Of a stretch of DNA of 64,000 nucleotides, positions 7,457-16,660 are shown one piece after another (position 1 is the stretch's first letter; every line of letters starts with the position of its first letter). The DNA is from an uncultured Alphaproteobacteria bacterium (GTDB taxonomy: Bacteria > Pseudomonadota > Alphaproteobacteria > Micavibrionales > CSBR16-224). The stretch is taken from positions 12,262-76,261 of the forward strand of contig CATLPD010000007.1 of the NCBI GenBank assembly GCA_950054485.1, read 5' to 3'. The translations under genes and the position numbers were made by a program. The notes beneath the pieces are model-generated. The model saw nothing but the letters and a program-made list of their open reading frames with translations. It was not told where the DNA came from and ran no database searches.

Positions 7457-9139
7457 TTGGACGCATTACTTGAGACCCTGAAAAAATTGGGCCCCGCCAG
7501 ATTACTTTTGATGGCCGGGACATTTTTGGCGTTAATCGTCTTCTTTGCTTTTATTGCTGTGCGCTCCAGCTCGCCGGCAATGACACTCTTATATAATGAC
7601 CTGACAACATCAGATTCAACACAAATCGCAGCCAAGCTTGACGTATCCGACATTCCCTATCAAATGATCGAGGGCGGAACGCAGGTCATGGTAAACTCGC
7701 AGGATGTTGGGCGCGCCCGCATGCTATTGGCCGAGGAAGGGCTCCCCTCTTCCGGATCAATGGGCTACGAATTATTTGACCGCCAACAGGGTTTTGGTAC
7801 AACCAGCTTTGTTCAGAATATCAACCAATTGCGCGCATTAGAGGGCGAATTGGCCCGCACCATCAGCACGCTTGATCCGATCCGCACGGCCCGTGTGCAT
7901 CTGGTTATGCCTGAACGCGAATTATTCAGCCGTGAAAGCCGTCCGGCAACAGCAAGTGTCTTTGTGAATTTAAGAAACCGCGCTGAAGTCGGTAACGAGC
8001 AAATTACCGCCATCCAGCACCTGGTCGCATCTGCCGTACCGCAATTGCAGCCAACGCGCGTTGCGATTATTGATGGCGCCGGTAACCTTTTGGCCCGCGG
8101 CGATGATACTGACACCCCCGGCTTCGCAGCAGCGGGTGCTGAGGATATGAAGACAAAATATGAACAGCGCCTTGCCCGTTCAATCGAAGATATCGTCGGG
8201 CGCATTGTTGGTTACGGCCGTGTCCGCGCCATCGTTTCAGCTGACCTTGATTTTTCAACTGTCAGCCGCAATTCGGAAATTTATGATCCTGAAGGTCAGG
8301 TTGTCAGATCAACCCAGACCATCACAGAAGAAGATGTAGAAAACACAGCAGAATCTAGCGCCGTCAGCGTGCAGAACAACTTGCCTGGCCTACCGGGGGC
8401 CAGCCAGGATGGATCCGCACCGCCGACGGCTGCTAGTAACCGTTCGGAAGAAGTGGTGAACTATGAAATCACCCGCACCATCGAAAGCGTGACACAGGAA
8501 AGCGGCGAAATTGACCAGCTTTCCGTTGCGGTTCTGATTGATGGTCGATACGAACCGGCGGTTACAACACCCGCGGAGGGCGATGACGCCGACGAAAATG
8601 CCGAAGTGGAAATGACTTATATTCCGCGCAGCGAAGCTGAATTAAATCAAATCCGCGCCTTGGTCAGGTCTGCAATCGGTTTTGATGAAAGTCGCGGTGA
8701 TACGCTTGAAGTCGTCAACATGCAGTTTGCGAAAGAGCGTCTGGAGGCTCCACCACCCGCAGACACCATCATGGGACTGCCGCGCGATCAGATTGTCGGC
8801 ATCGCCGAAACACTTATATTCTCGCTGGTCGGCGTATTGGTCATCCTGCTGGTTTTACGTCCGCTGGTCAGCCATATTTCAGCCGCTGCACAGGCACAAG
8901 CCCGCGCGAACGCGGCAGAGGAAGAAGCCAAATTACTGGCCTCGTCCGGCACCGGTGCCCCGCAGCTGGCAGCTCCTACGGGTGACGGCGAAGGCGGCGA
9001 GCTGGAGGCCACACTTGATATGTCGAACGTTGAAGGTCAGGTTAAGCAGTCCTCCGTCAAGAAAATTTCAGAGCTTGTTGAAAAGCATCCGAACGAAACC
9101 GTTTCCGTTATCCGCAACTGGATGACACAGGAAAACTAG
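7457..9139 (+). CDS. fliF: Flagellar M-ring protein FliF
   Basis: 560 aa. N-terminal TM segment, YscJ/FliF-type ring domains (PYQMIEGGTQVMVNSQDVGRARMLLAEEGLP, RVHLVMPERELF), C-terminal TM segment and a FliG-binding tail. TTG start preceded by GGGAG. Confidence 0.9.
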   Translation: MDALLETLKKLGPARLLLMAGTFLALIVFFAFIAVRSSSPAMTLLYNDLTTSDSTQIAAKLDVSDIPYQMIEGGTQVMVNSQDVGRARMLLAEEGLPSSGSMGYELFDRQQGFGTTSFVQNINQLRALEGELARTISTLDPIRTARVHLVMPERELFSRESRPATASVFVNLRNRAEVGNEQITAIQHLVASAVPQLQPTRVAIIDGAGNLLARGDDTDTPGFAAAGAEDMKTKYEQRLARSIEDIVGRIVGYGRVRAIVSADLDFSTVSRNSEIYDPEGQVVRSTQTITEEDVENTAESSAVSVQNNLPGLPGASQDGSAPPTAASNRSEEVVNYEITRTIESVTQESGEIDQLSVAVLIDGRYEPAVTTPAEGDDADENAEVEMTYIPRSEAELNQIRALVRSAIGFDESRGDTLEVVNMQFAKERLEAPPPADTIMGLPRDQIVGIAETLIFSLVGVLVILLVLRPLVSHISAAAQAQARANAAEEEAKLLASSGTGAPQLAAPTGDGEGGELEATLDMSNVEGQVKQSSVKKISELVEKHPNETVSVIRNWMTQEN

Positions 9140-9152
9140 AGGGTCAATTTAA

Positions 9153-10169
9153 ATGCGCGTAAGAGAAGATTTCAGAACCCTGTCGGGCACCGAGAAAGCG
9201 GCCATCTTTATGATGTCGCTGTCCGAAGATCAGACGGCGAACATCTTTAAACAGATGGACGATGATGAAATCATGGAATTATCACAGGTGATGTCATCAC
9301 TGGGTAAAGTGAATTCAGAAATTATCGAACGCCTGTTTATTGAATTCGCGGAAAGCATGTCATCGACAAACGCCCTTGTCGGTACACTTGATAGTACCGA
9401 ACGCCTGCTGGCCAAGGTCCTGGGTAAAGACAAGGTCGATACCATCATGGAGGAAATTCGCGGTCCAGCCGGTCGCACCATGTGGGAGAAACTGGGTAAC
9501 GTAAACGAAGAGGTTCTGGCAAGCTTTCTGCAAAAAGAATATCCGCAGACTGTCGCTGTCATTCTTTCAAAAATCACATCCGAACATGCAGCGCGCGTTT
9601 TGGCTTTGCTGCCTGAAGGCTTTGCGATGGAAGTCGTTATGCGCATGCTGCGCATGGAGGCTGTCCAAAAAGAAGTTCTGGATGATGTTGAAAAAACATT
9701 ACGCACAGAATTCATGTCAAATCTTGCGCGCACAAACCGCCGTGATTCACATGAACTGATGGCGGATATCTTCAACTTTTTCGAACGCCAGACCGAAACC
9801 CGATTTATGGAGTCACTGGAAGAACGCAACTCAGAATCTGCAGAGCGCATTCGCAGTCTGATGTTCACATTCGAAGACCTTGGCAACCTTGACCCCAGTG
9901 GTATTCAGACCCTTATCCGCACAGCCGATAAAGAGAAAATTCCGTTGGCATTGAAGGGCGCGAACGAGACGATGAAAGACCTGTTCTTCTCGAACATGTC
10001 AGAGCGCGCCGCCAAGATTATGAAGGAAGATATGGCTGCAATGGGCCCTGTCCGCCTAAAAGATGTGGAAGAAGCCCAGCAGGCCCTTGTCAATGTTGCC
10101 AAAGAACTGGCAGAGCGCGGCGATATTACAATCGCAAGCGCCAAAGAAGAAGATGAATTGATTTACTAG
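9153..10169 (+). CDS. fliG: Flagellar motor switch protein FliG
   Basis: 338 aa. Carries [32 protein letters not shown] and MFTFEDL, plus the C-terminal torque-helix region. Confidence 0.92.
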   Translation: MRVREDFRTLSGTEKAAIFMMSLSEDQTANIFKQMDDDEIMELSQVMSSLGKVNSEIIERLFIEFAESMSSTNALVGTLDSTERLLAKVLGKDKVDTIMEEIRGPAGRTMWEKLGNVNEEVLASFLQKEYPQTVAVILSKITSEHAARVLALLPEGFAMEVVMRMLRMEAVQKEVLDDVEKTLRTEFMSNLARTNRRDSHELMADIFNFFERQTETRFMESLEERNSESAERIRSLMFTFEDLGNLDPSGIQTLIRTADKEKIPLALKGANETMKDLFFSNMSERAAKIMKEDMAAMGPVRLKDVEEAQQALVNVAKELAERGDITIASAKEEDELIY

Positions 10170-10176
10170 GAACTTT

Positions 10177-10875
10177 ATGAACGACACGCCTGAAAAATTT
10201 TTGTTTGACCTGAATGATTTCAGCAATGAAAAACCGGTCAATGCCGAGGAGGAAGAAAAATCCTTCAGCGAGGAGGAGTTGAATTCCGCGCGCGAGGAAA
10301 GTTTCAGGCTTGGCGTGCATGATGCTACGCAGAAAATCCGCAACGAACATGAAGAGCGCAGCATCCAGACGCAGGAAAATCTGACACAGCAACTGGTGAC
10401 CCTGCTGGAGGCCGAACAGCGCCGCGAAATTGAAAAAAGTCTGGATACCGCCAAACTGGTTCTTTCAATCGTCAAAAAAATGATGCCCGGCCTCTCCAGA
10501 AAATACGGCGAGGACGAAATTATATCACTGGTTCGCCAGTCACTTAGCGATCGGGCTGATGAACCACGCATCGTTCTGAGTGTGCATGAAAGCATGCTGG
10601 AAACTATGCGCGGCAAAATCGATAATATTACACAGTCACAAGCCTATCAGGGAAGTGTCGTTATTATTGCAGATGACAATTTGTCTGTAACGGATTGCCG
10701 CGTCGAATGGGCTGATGGCGGGATTGAAAAAGATTTTGACCGCTTGTACGCTTCGATAGACAAAGCATTTCAGCAGGTTGTCGGGCGACTTGAAACGCCT
10801 TCATCAGAACCGCCGGTGCAAACAGCCGAAACACATAATCATGATAATGAAACAGAAATGACAAAAGGGGAGTAA
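10177..10875 (+). CDS. fliH: Flagellar assembly protein FliH (FlbE-like)
   Basis: 232 aa, acidic coiled-coil N-terminal half. It sits between fliG and fliN as in alphaproteobacterial fliF operons. Sequence conservation is weak. Confidence 0.6.
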   Translation: MNDTPEKFLFDLNDFSNEKPVNAEEEEKSFSEEELNSAREESFRLGVHDATQKIRNEHEERSIQTQENLTQQLVTLLEAEQRREIEKSLDTAKLVLSIVKKMMPGLSRKYGEDEIISLVRQSLSDRADEPRIVLSVHESMLETMRGKIDNITQSQAYQGSVVIIADDNLSVTDCRVEWADGGIEKDFDRLYASIDKAFQQVVGRLETPSSEPPVQTAETHNHDNETEMTKGE

Positions 10876-10876
10876 A

Positions 10877-11263
10877 ATGGCAGACGAAAACGAAAATCAG
10901 GAAAACAACATTCCACAAGGCGATGCCGATACAGGAAAAAGTAATCCTGACTATAATGAAATTGCAGAAGATAGTGGCGCGACATTGGGCGATGCCATCA
11001 TATCGGGTGAAACACCAAAAGATGTCGAGGCGATCTATGAAATTCCCGTGCAGGTTTCGGCTGTTTTGGGCCGCTCCAGCATGAAAGTCAGCCAGCTTTT
11101 AAAACTGGGTCGTGGCGCTGTTGTCGAACTGGACCGCAAAGTCGGTGAAGCCATTGATATCTATGTGAACAACCGTCTGGTCGCCCGCGGCGAAGTTGTG
11201 GTTGTTGAAGATCGTCTGGGTGTCACCATGACAGAAATTGTAAAATCTGACCGGGTAAGCTAA
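10877..11263 (+). CDS. fliN: Flagellar motor switch protein FliN
   Basis: 128 aa. The SpoA domain VSAVLGRSSMKVSQLLKLGRGAVVELDRKVGEAIDIYVNNRLVARGEVVVVEDRLGVTMTEIV is present. Confidence 0.9.
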   Translation: MADENENQENNIPQGDADTGKSNPDYNEIAEDSGATLGDAIISGETPKDVEAIYEIPVQVSAVLGRSSMKVSQLLKLGRGAVVELDRKVGEAIDIYVNNRLVARGEVVVVEDRLGVTMTEIVKSDRVS

Positions 11264-11267
11264 TAAA

Positions 11268-12110
11268 ATGAATGCGACTAAAACTGCCAGCGTACGCTTG
11301 AAGGCCGAAAATTTTCGCGCTCCGGAAAGACATCCCGACTATAGCGTCTGGATCGGCCTGACATTATTTCTGATCGTACTTGGTATTGCCTTATCACTCA
11401 GTGGCTCCGTATCGGCATTTGCCGATTTCAGGGCATTTCTGATTGTAATCTGTGGAACGCTTGCGATCATGGGATTATCGTTCAGCGGTAAAACATTGCG
11501 CCTCAGTCTGATGGCCTTGCGCGAACATTTGTTCCAAAAGCCGGAAACACCGCAGGATCGTGCACTAAGCCTGATGGATATTGCCAGCATCGCGCGCCGC
11601 GATGGGCTGCTGAGCCTGCAGACAATCAAAAGCCGCCTGCATGCGCGTGAAGCCTTTTTACGCAGCGGCCTTGAAATGGTCACAGACGGCCGCACACAGG
11701 CCAGCATCAACCGTCTTTTAAATCAGGAAATCGATGCCGAGATTGAACGCCTGCAGGGCGCAATCGGGCTGTTGCGCCGTGGTGCCGAGGCCGCACCCGC
11801 GATGGGCTTGATCGGAACGCTGATCGGTTTGGTGCAAATGCTGTCAACATTGGATGATCCGTCAACAATTGGCCCCGCCATGGCGGTTGCGCTTCTGACA
11901 ACATTCTACGGCGCCCTGCTGGGCAGTGCCTTTTTCGCGCCGCTAGCCGGAAAACTTGAATTACAAGCCAGAAACCTGATTTTGCGTCAGGAACTGGTGA
12001 TCGCGACAATGCTTTCAATCGTCGGTCAGGAAAACCCGCGTATGCTGGAACAGGTATTAAATTCCAAACTACCTGCCAGTGAACGCATAAACTATTTTAA
12101 AGATGTTTGA
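11268..12110 (+). CDS. motA: MotA-type flagellar stator proton-channel protein (MotA/TolQ/ExbB family)
   Basis: 280 aa. Two N-terminal and two C-terminal TM helices, with AAPAMGLIGTLIGLVQML and AVALLTTFYGALLGSAFFAPLAGKLE. It is embedded in the fliF operon. Confidence 0.75.
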   Translation: MNATKTASVRLKAENFRAPERHPDYSVWIGLTLFLIVLGIALSLSGSVSAFADFRAFLIVICGTLAIMGLSFSGKTLRLSLMALREHLFQKPETPQDRALSLMDIASIARRDGLLSLQTIKSRLHAREAFLRSGLEMVTDGRTQASINRLLNQEIDAEIERLQGAIGLLRRGAEAAPAMGLIGTLIGLVQMLSTLDDPSTIGPAMAVALLTTFYGALLGSAFFAPLAGKLELQARNLILRQELVIATMLSIVGQENPRMLEQVLNSKLPASERINYFKDV

Positions 12111-12134
12111 GATTAGAACGAAAGGACGAATACC

Positions 12135-13526
12135 ATGCGCCTCATGATTGTCGGCAGCCTGCAAAGCCACATGACCGAAGCCGGAAAGATCGCCGTTAAA
12201 CGCGGCGCCAAGGTCCAGCATGCCGAAGATACCGAGCAAGCGCTTGCCGCCCTGCGTGCCGGAAACGGCGCGGACGTGATCATGGTTGATGTCAAACAAC
12301 CCATCCAGAAATTCATTGGTCAATTGGAAGACGAGCGTATTGCAGCGCCAGTCGTTGCCTGTGGAATTGATAATGACGCCAAAGCGGCTGTTGCCGCGAT
12401 CAAGGCGGGCGCGAAAGAGTATGTGCCCCTGCCCCCAAATGCCGAACTGATTGCCGCCGTTCTGGAGGCTGTCACCCACGAAGATGTGAATATGATTGCG
12501 GGCGACCCCGTGATGAAGGCTGTGGTTGCAATGGCCGATCAGATCGCGCCGAGTGACGCGACCGTTTTAATTACGGGTGAATCCGGTACCGGTAAAGAAG
12601 TAATGTCGAATTACATCCACAATAAAAGTAAGCGCAAGAACGAGGCTTTTATCTCGCTGAACTGTGCGGCCATTCCCGAAAATCTACTGGAATCCGAATT
12701 ATTCGGCCATGAAAAAGGCGCCTTTACAGGTGCCGTCGGGCGCCGCATCGGTAAATTTGAAGAGGCAAATGGCGGCACACTCCTGCTGGACGAGATATCT
12801 GAAATGCACCCGAGTTTACAGGCCAAATTGCTGCGCGCGATTCAGGAACGCGTCATTGACCGTATTGGCGGCAATAAACCTGTGCCCGTTGATATCCGAC
12901 TGATTGCAACATCCAACCGCAATCTGGAAGAATCCGTGCGCAAAGGCGAATTCCGCGAGGATTTATACTTTCGCCTGAACGTGATTAATGTTGCCCTGCC
13001 CGCCCTTCGTAATCGTCCGGGCGATATTCCGCCACTGGCGCAGATGTTTGCAGATAAATATTCGGAGCAAAACAGCCTGCCGAAGAAGAAGATTTCAGAT
13101 GCCGCTATGGAAAAACTGAAGGCCTATCATTGGCCAGGTAACGTGCGTGAACTGGAAAATACGATGCACCGCACCGTTTTACTGTCCCAAAAACCTGAAA
13201 TCGAAGATACGGCGATCATTCTGTCGGGACAGGCGGAGACCATGGCACAGGCCTATGCAGATAACAAGGCTGCCGCGATTGCCGACACCGCGGCAAAAAC
13301 GGCCCCTATTGAAGACAAATCGCAAGCCAGCGAAGAAGATGTCGAAATGGCAAATTTTGTCGGTAAGACGGTTGCAGATGTCGAGCGTGAATTGATTATA
13401 TCAACCCTTGACCATTGCCTTGGCAATCGCACACATGCAGCAAAGATCCTCGGGATTTCCATTCGCACATTGCGCAACAAAATCAATCAATACACCGACG
13501 AGGGTGTTGCCGTTCCGGGAGGCTGA
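12135..13526 (+). CDS. flbD: Sigma-54-dependent flagellar transcriptional regulator FlbD
   Basis: 463 aa. Receiver-like N-terminus, an AAA+ domain with GESGTGKEV, ESELFGHEKGAFTGA and DEISEM, and a C-terminal Fis-type HTH. It has the same operon position as Caulobacter flbD. Confidence 0.85.
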   Translation: MRLMIVGSLQSHMTEAGKIAVKRGAKVQHAEDTEQALAALRAGNGADVIMVDVKQPIQKFIGQLEDERIAAPVVACGIDNDAKAAVAAIKAGAKEYVPLPPNAELIAAVLEAVTHEDVNMIAGDPVMKAVVAMADQIAPSDATVLITGESGTGKEVMSNYIHNKSKRKNEAFISLNCAAIPENLLESELFGHEKGAFTGAVGRRIGKFEEANGGTLLLDEISEMHPSLQAKLLRAIQERVIDRIGGNKPVPVDIRLIATSNRNLEESVRKGEFREDLYFRLNVINVALPALRNRPGDIPPLAQMFADKYSEQNSLPKKKISDAAMEKLKAYHWPGNVRELENTMHRTVLLSQKPEIEDTAIILSGQAETMAQAYADNKAAAIADTAAKTAPIEDKSQASEEDVEMANFVGKTVADVERELIISTLDHCLGNRTHAAKILGISIRTLRNKINQYTDEGVAVPGG

Positions 13527-13529
13527 TAA

Positions 13530-15623
13530 ATGGCAGAAGACGGCGCAGTAACAACATCAGGCGGAGGGTTTGGAAAATCCCTGCTGCGCGGTGACATCGC
13601 GCTGGCGCTGGGTATTGTTGCAATCCTTGTCGTCCTGATCCTGCCGATGCCGACTTGGATGCTGGATATCTCGCTGGCCCTGTCCCTGACATTCTCGGTT
13701 CTGATTTTGATGACGGTTTTATTTATTGAAAAACCGCTCGAGCTATCATCTTTTCCATCAATCCTTTTGATCGCAACGATGATCCGGCTGGCCTTGAACC
13801 TGGCATCAACGCGTTTGATCCTTGAAAACGGCCACAGGGGCGAGGATGCAGCGGGTAAGGTCATCGAGGCCTTTGGCGATTTTGTCATGCAGGGCAATTT
13901 TATTATCGGTCTGACAGTCTTTGCCATTCTGGTTATTGTGAATTTTGTTGTTATTACCAAGGGTTCGGGCCGTATCGCCGAAGTTGCCGCGCGTTTCAGC
14001 TTGGATTCTATGCCGGGTAAACAGATGGCGATTGATGCTGATTTATCCGCAGGCCTGATTAACGAGGGCGAGGCCAAATCCCGCCGCCGTGAATTGGAAC
14101 AGGAAAGCACCTTTTTCGGAGCCATGGACGGTGCGGCGAAATTCGTGCGCGGGGATGCGATTGCAGGCCTTTTAATTACATTTATCAACATTATTGTCGG
14201 CATGATCATCGGCATTGTGCAAAAAGACATGACCTTTGGTGATGCGGCTGCCAGCTATACGCATTTAACCGTTGGTGACGGTCTGGTCAGTCAGATCCCT
14301 GCCCTGATCGTTTCAATTGCAGCCGGTCTGCTGGTCTCCAAAGCTGGCGTTGCCGGATCAACCGACAAGGCGCTGTTCGGTCAGTTAAAAAAATACCCTT
14401 ATGCCATGGCGCTCAGCTCGGTTTTGATGGTAACGATGGCCGCCATGCCGGGCATTCCTGTTCTGCCGTTTATGATTATGGGCGCATTGACAGGCGCTGG
14501 TGCCTATTTCGGATTTAACCGTGAAAAGGTCGAAGCCCAAGCCGTCGCCATTGCTGAAGAAAAGGAAATGAAAGCAGCCCCTGTTAAAGAGGAGCCTATT
14601 TCAAAAACTCTTGCGATTGACACGATCCGTGTTGAGCTGGGATATGCCCTGCTGCCGCTGGTCAATAACGAGGGTGATGCCAAATTGACCGATCAGCTGA
14701 AAGGCCTGCGCCGCCAGATGGCGGAAGATATGGGATTTGTTTTGCCAACCGTGCGCCTGCAGGATAATTTGCAATTACAGGCCAATACCTATGTTGTGCG
14801 CATCAAGGAAATTGAATCCGGACGCGGCGAAATCCGCCCTGATATGTTGATGTGTATGAACCCGACGGGTGATGCGATTGAACTGCCGGGCGAAGATACG
14901 CGCGAGCCGACATTCGGCCTGCCCGCCAAATGGATTTCACCTGAATATCGCGAAGAAGCGCATTTCCGCGGCTATACTGTCGTTGATGCCGCAACAGTTG
15001 TGACAACGCATGTCACCGAAATCGTCAAAGATAATATGGCTGAATTGCTGTCCTATGCAGAAACACAAAAACTATTGGATGAATTGCCCCAAAGCCATCA
15101 GAAACTGGTCGCCGATGTGATCCCATCGCAATTAACCCTGAGCGGCCTGCAGCGCATATTGCAAAACCTGGTGGGTGAACGCGTATCGATCCGTGACCTG
15201 CCCACCATTCTGGAGGGCGTATCAGAAGCCGCAAATTACACTAAAAATATCACCCTGATTACAGAACATGTTCGCACGCGTCTGGCGCGTCAGCTATGTC
15301 ATCAGAATGCCAATTCACAAGGGATTGTGCCGCTGCTGACCCTGTCAGCGAATTGGGAGCAAGCCTTTGCCGAAAGCCTGATCGGCGACGGGGAAGACAA
15401 ACAGCTTGCCATGCCGCCAACACAATTACAGGAATTCATTACAACCATTCGTAAGAAATATGAAGATATGGCGATGCAGGGGGAAACACCTGTGCTGTTG
15501 ACCAGCCCAGGCATTCGTCATTATGTGCGCACGATCATTGAACGTTTCCGCCCGCAGACAACCGTGATGTCACAGAATGAAATTTATCCGAAAGCGAAAA
15601 TCAAGACGCTTGGACAAATCTAG
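13530..15623 (+). CDS. flhA: Flagellar type III export apparatus protein FlhA
   Basis: 697 aa. FHIPEP motifs are present: FPSILLIATMIRLALNLASTRLIL, RIAEVAARFSLDSMPGKQMAIDADL and FFGAMDGAAKFVRGDAIAG. Confidence 0.95.
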   Translation: MAEDGAVTTSGGGFGKSLLRGDIALALGIVAILVVLILPMPTWMLDISLALSLTFSVLILMTVLFIEKPLELSSFPSILLIATMIRLALNLASTRLILENGHRGEDAAGKVIEAFGDFVMQGNFIIGLTVFAILVIVNFVVITKGSGRIAEVAARFSLDSMPGKQMAIDADLSAGLINEGEAKSRRRELEQESTFFGAMDGAAKFVRGDAIAGLLITFINIIVGMIIGIVQKDMTFGDAAASYTHLTVGDGLVSQIPALIVSIAAGLLVSKAGVAGSTDKALFGQLKKYPYAMALSSVLMVTMAAMPGIPVLPFMIMGALTGAGAYFGFNREKVEAQAVAIAEEKEMKAAPVKEEPISKTLAIDTIRVELGYALLPLVNNEGDAKLTDQLKGLRRQMAEDMGFVLPTVRLQDNLQLQANTYVVRIKEIESGRGEIRPDMLMCMNPTGDAIELPGEDTREPTFGLPAKWISPEYREEAHFRGYTVVDAATVVTTHVTEIVKDNMAELLSYAETQKLLDELPQSHQKLVADVIPSQLTLSGLQRILQNLVGERVSIRDLPTILEGVSEAANYTKNITLITEHVRTRLARQLCHQNANSQGIVPLLTLSANWEQAFAESLIGDGEDKQLAMPPTQLQEFITTIRKKYEDMAMQGETPVLLTSPGIRHYVRTIIERFRPQTTVMSQNEIYPKAKIKTLGQI

Positions 15624-16630
15624 AGCTTGCGTTTCAGCGGCGCCTTGCGCGGGGACTGTCTTCTTATTTCGTGAATTGCCTTTTCTATTTGCGCATCAAA
15701 TTTGCACCAGAATTCAGCCGGGGCTTGATCTTTATAGACCTTTTTAAAACGCTCCATCTGCGAAATATTGTTATTCCAAAAGACATGATCTGCGACCAGA
15801 TCAATTTGCCCTGTTTTTTGCAAGACCTCCATTAATGGCACCCGCTTGTTCAACAGAAATCCGAAATCTTCAGGTTTAGGCGTGATTGAATTCTTCTTCA
15901 TATAATCAACGATCTGGTCAAAGTCGCCACGCGCCGCAAAAACAACAAAATTAACCGCACGGTTTTCAGGTTTACGCACACCCGTGACGATCACGTCATC
16001 AATTTTCACGCCTTCCGCATATAAACGTCCGGCAAGTATATCGCATTCGTAATCCAGATTCTTATTCCAGTAATCCATAAGGGGTTCAATATGGGTCGCA
16101 CTTGCGCAGGTCTGCAATGCGTTACCATGATGCACAAGTATTTCTGTATTAGCACCATGCCTGACGAAATCGCGCATGACCTGCATTTTTTTATCATCCC
16201 CCTCGCTGCGGATAACCTCTTCGAATGCAACGAACAAGGGTGTGTAATGTTTTACAGTGCCCGCCCATTCCATTTGTGCACCATGTTTCAACACAAGCGG
16301 CAAATATTTTGTGTGCCCTGTTTCTGCAATAACGTGAAGGGCTGTATATTCCTCGATATCAACCAGATTTGGGTCGCCGCCCTGCTCCAGCCAAAATCGC
16401 ACGAATTTTTCATTGTCGTTTTTAATCGCGCTGTTTAAAGGGCAATAACCGTTAAAACGCTCACTCAAAAGCGTGCGATCCTGCGCTTGCTTGTAATGCA
16501 TAATCGCATCATCAAAACGCCGGTCACGGATCGCCTGCATAAAGGCCTGTCTTAAGGGTGTGGAATACATAACACATCTTAACAGATCAACCACAACTCG
16601 CAAACTGAAAATCATTGCAGGCACACCCAA
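15620..16630 (-). CDS. Ankyrin-repeat protein
   Basis: 336 aa. Ankyrin repeat signatures are present: CPLNSAIKNDNEKFVRFWLEQGGDPN, YTALHVIAETGHTKYLPLVLKHGAQ and YTPLFVAF...FVRHGANTE. Its stop codon overlaps the flhA stop (convergent). Confidence 0.7.
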   Translation of the reverse strand: MGVPAMIFSLRVVVDLLRCVMYSTPLRQAFMQAIRDRRFDDAIMHYKQAQDRTLLSERFNGYCPLNSAIKNDNEKFVRFWLEQGGDPNLVDIEEYTALHVIAETGHTKYLPLVLKHGAQMEWAGTVKHYTPLFVAFEEVIRSEGDDKKMQVMRDFVRHGANTEILVHHGNALQTCASATHIEPLMDYWNKNLDYECDILAGRLYAEGVKIDDVIVTGVRKPENRAVNFVVFAARGDFDQIVDYMKKNSITPKPEDFGFLLNKRVPLMEVLQKTGQIDLVADHVFWNNNISQMERFKKVYKDQAPAEFWCKFDAQIEKAIHEIRRQSPRKAPLKRKL

Positions 16631-16660
16631 CGCCCTCTATTATTGAGGCAGAGGTTATAT

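Noticed and set aside
9230-14230. Several long minus-strand ORFs inside fliG, fliH and flhA: 9230-9886, 10056-10616 and 13487-14230.
   Set aside because: They are antisense to strongly recognisable flagellar genes and have Ser/Arg-rich compositions typical of shadow ORFs.
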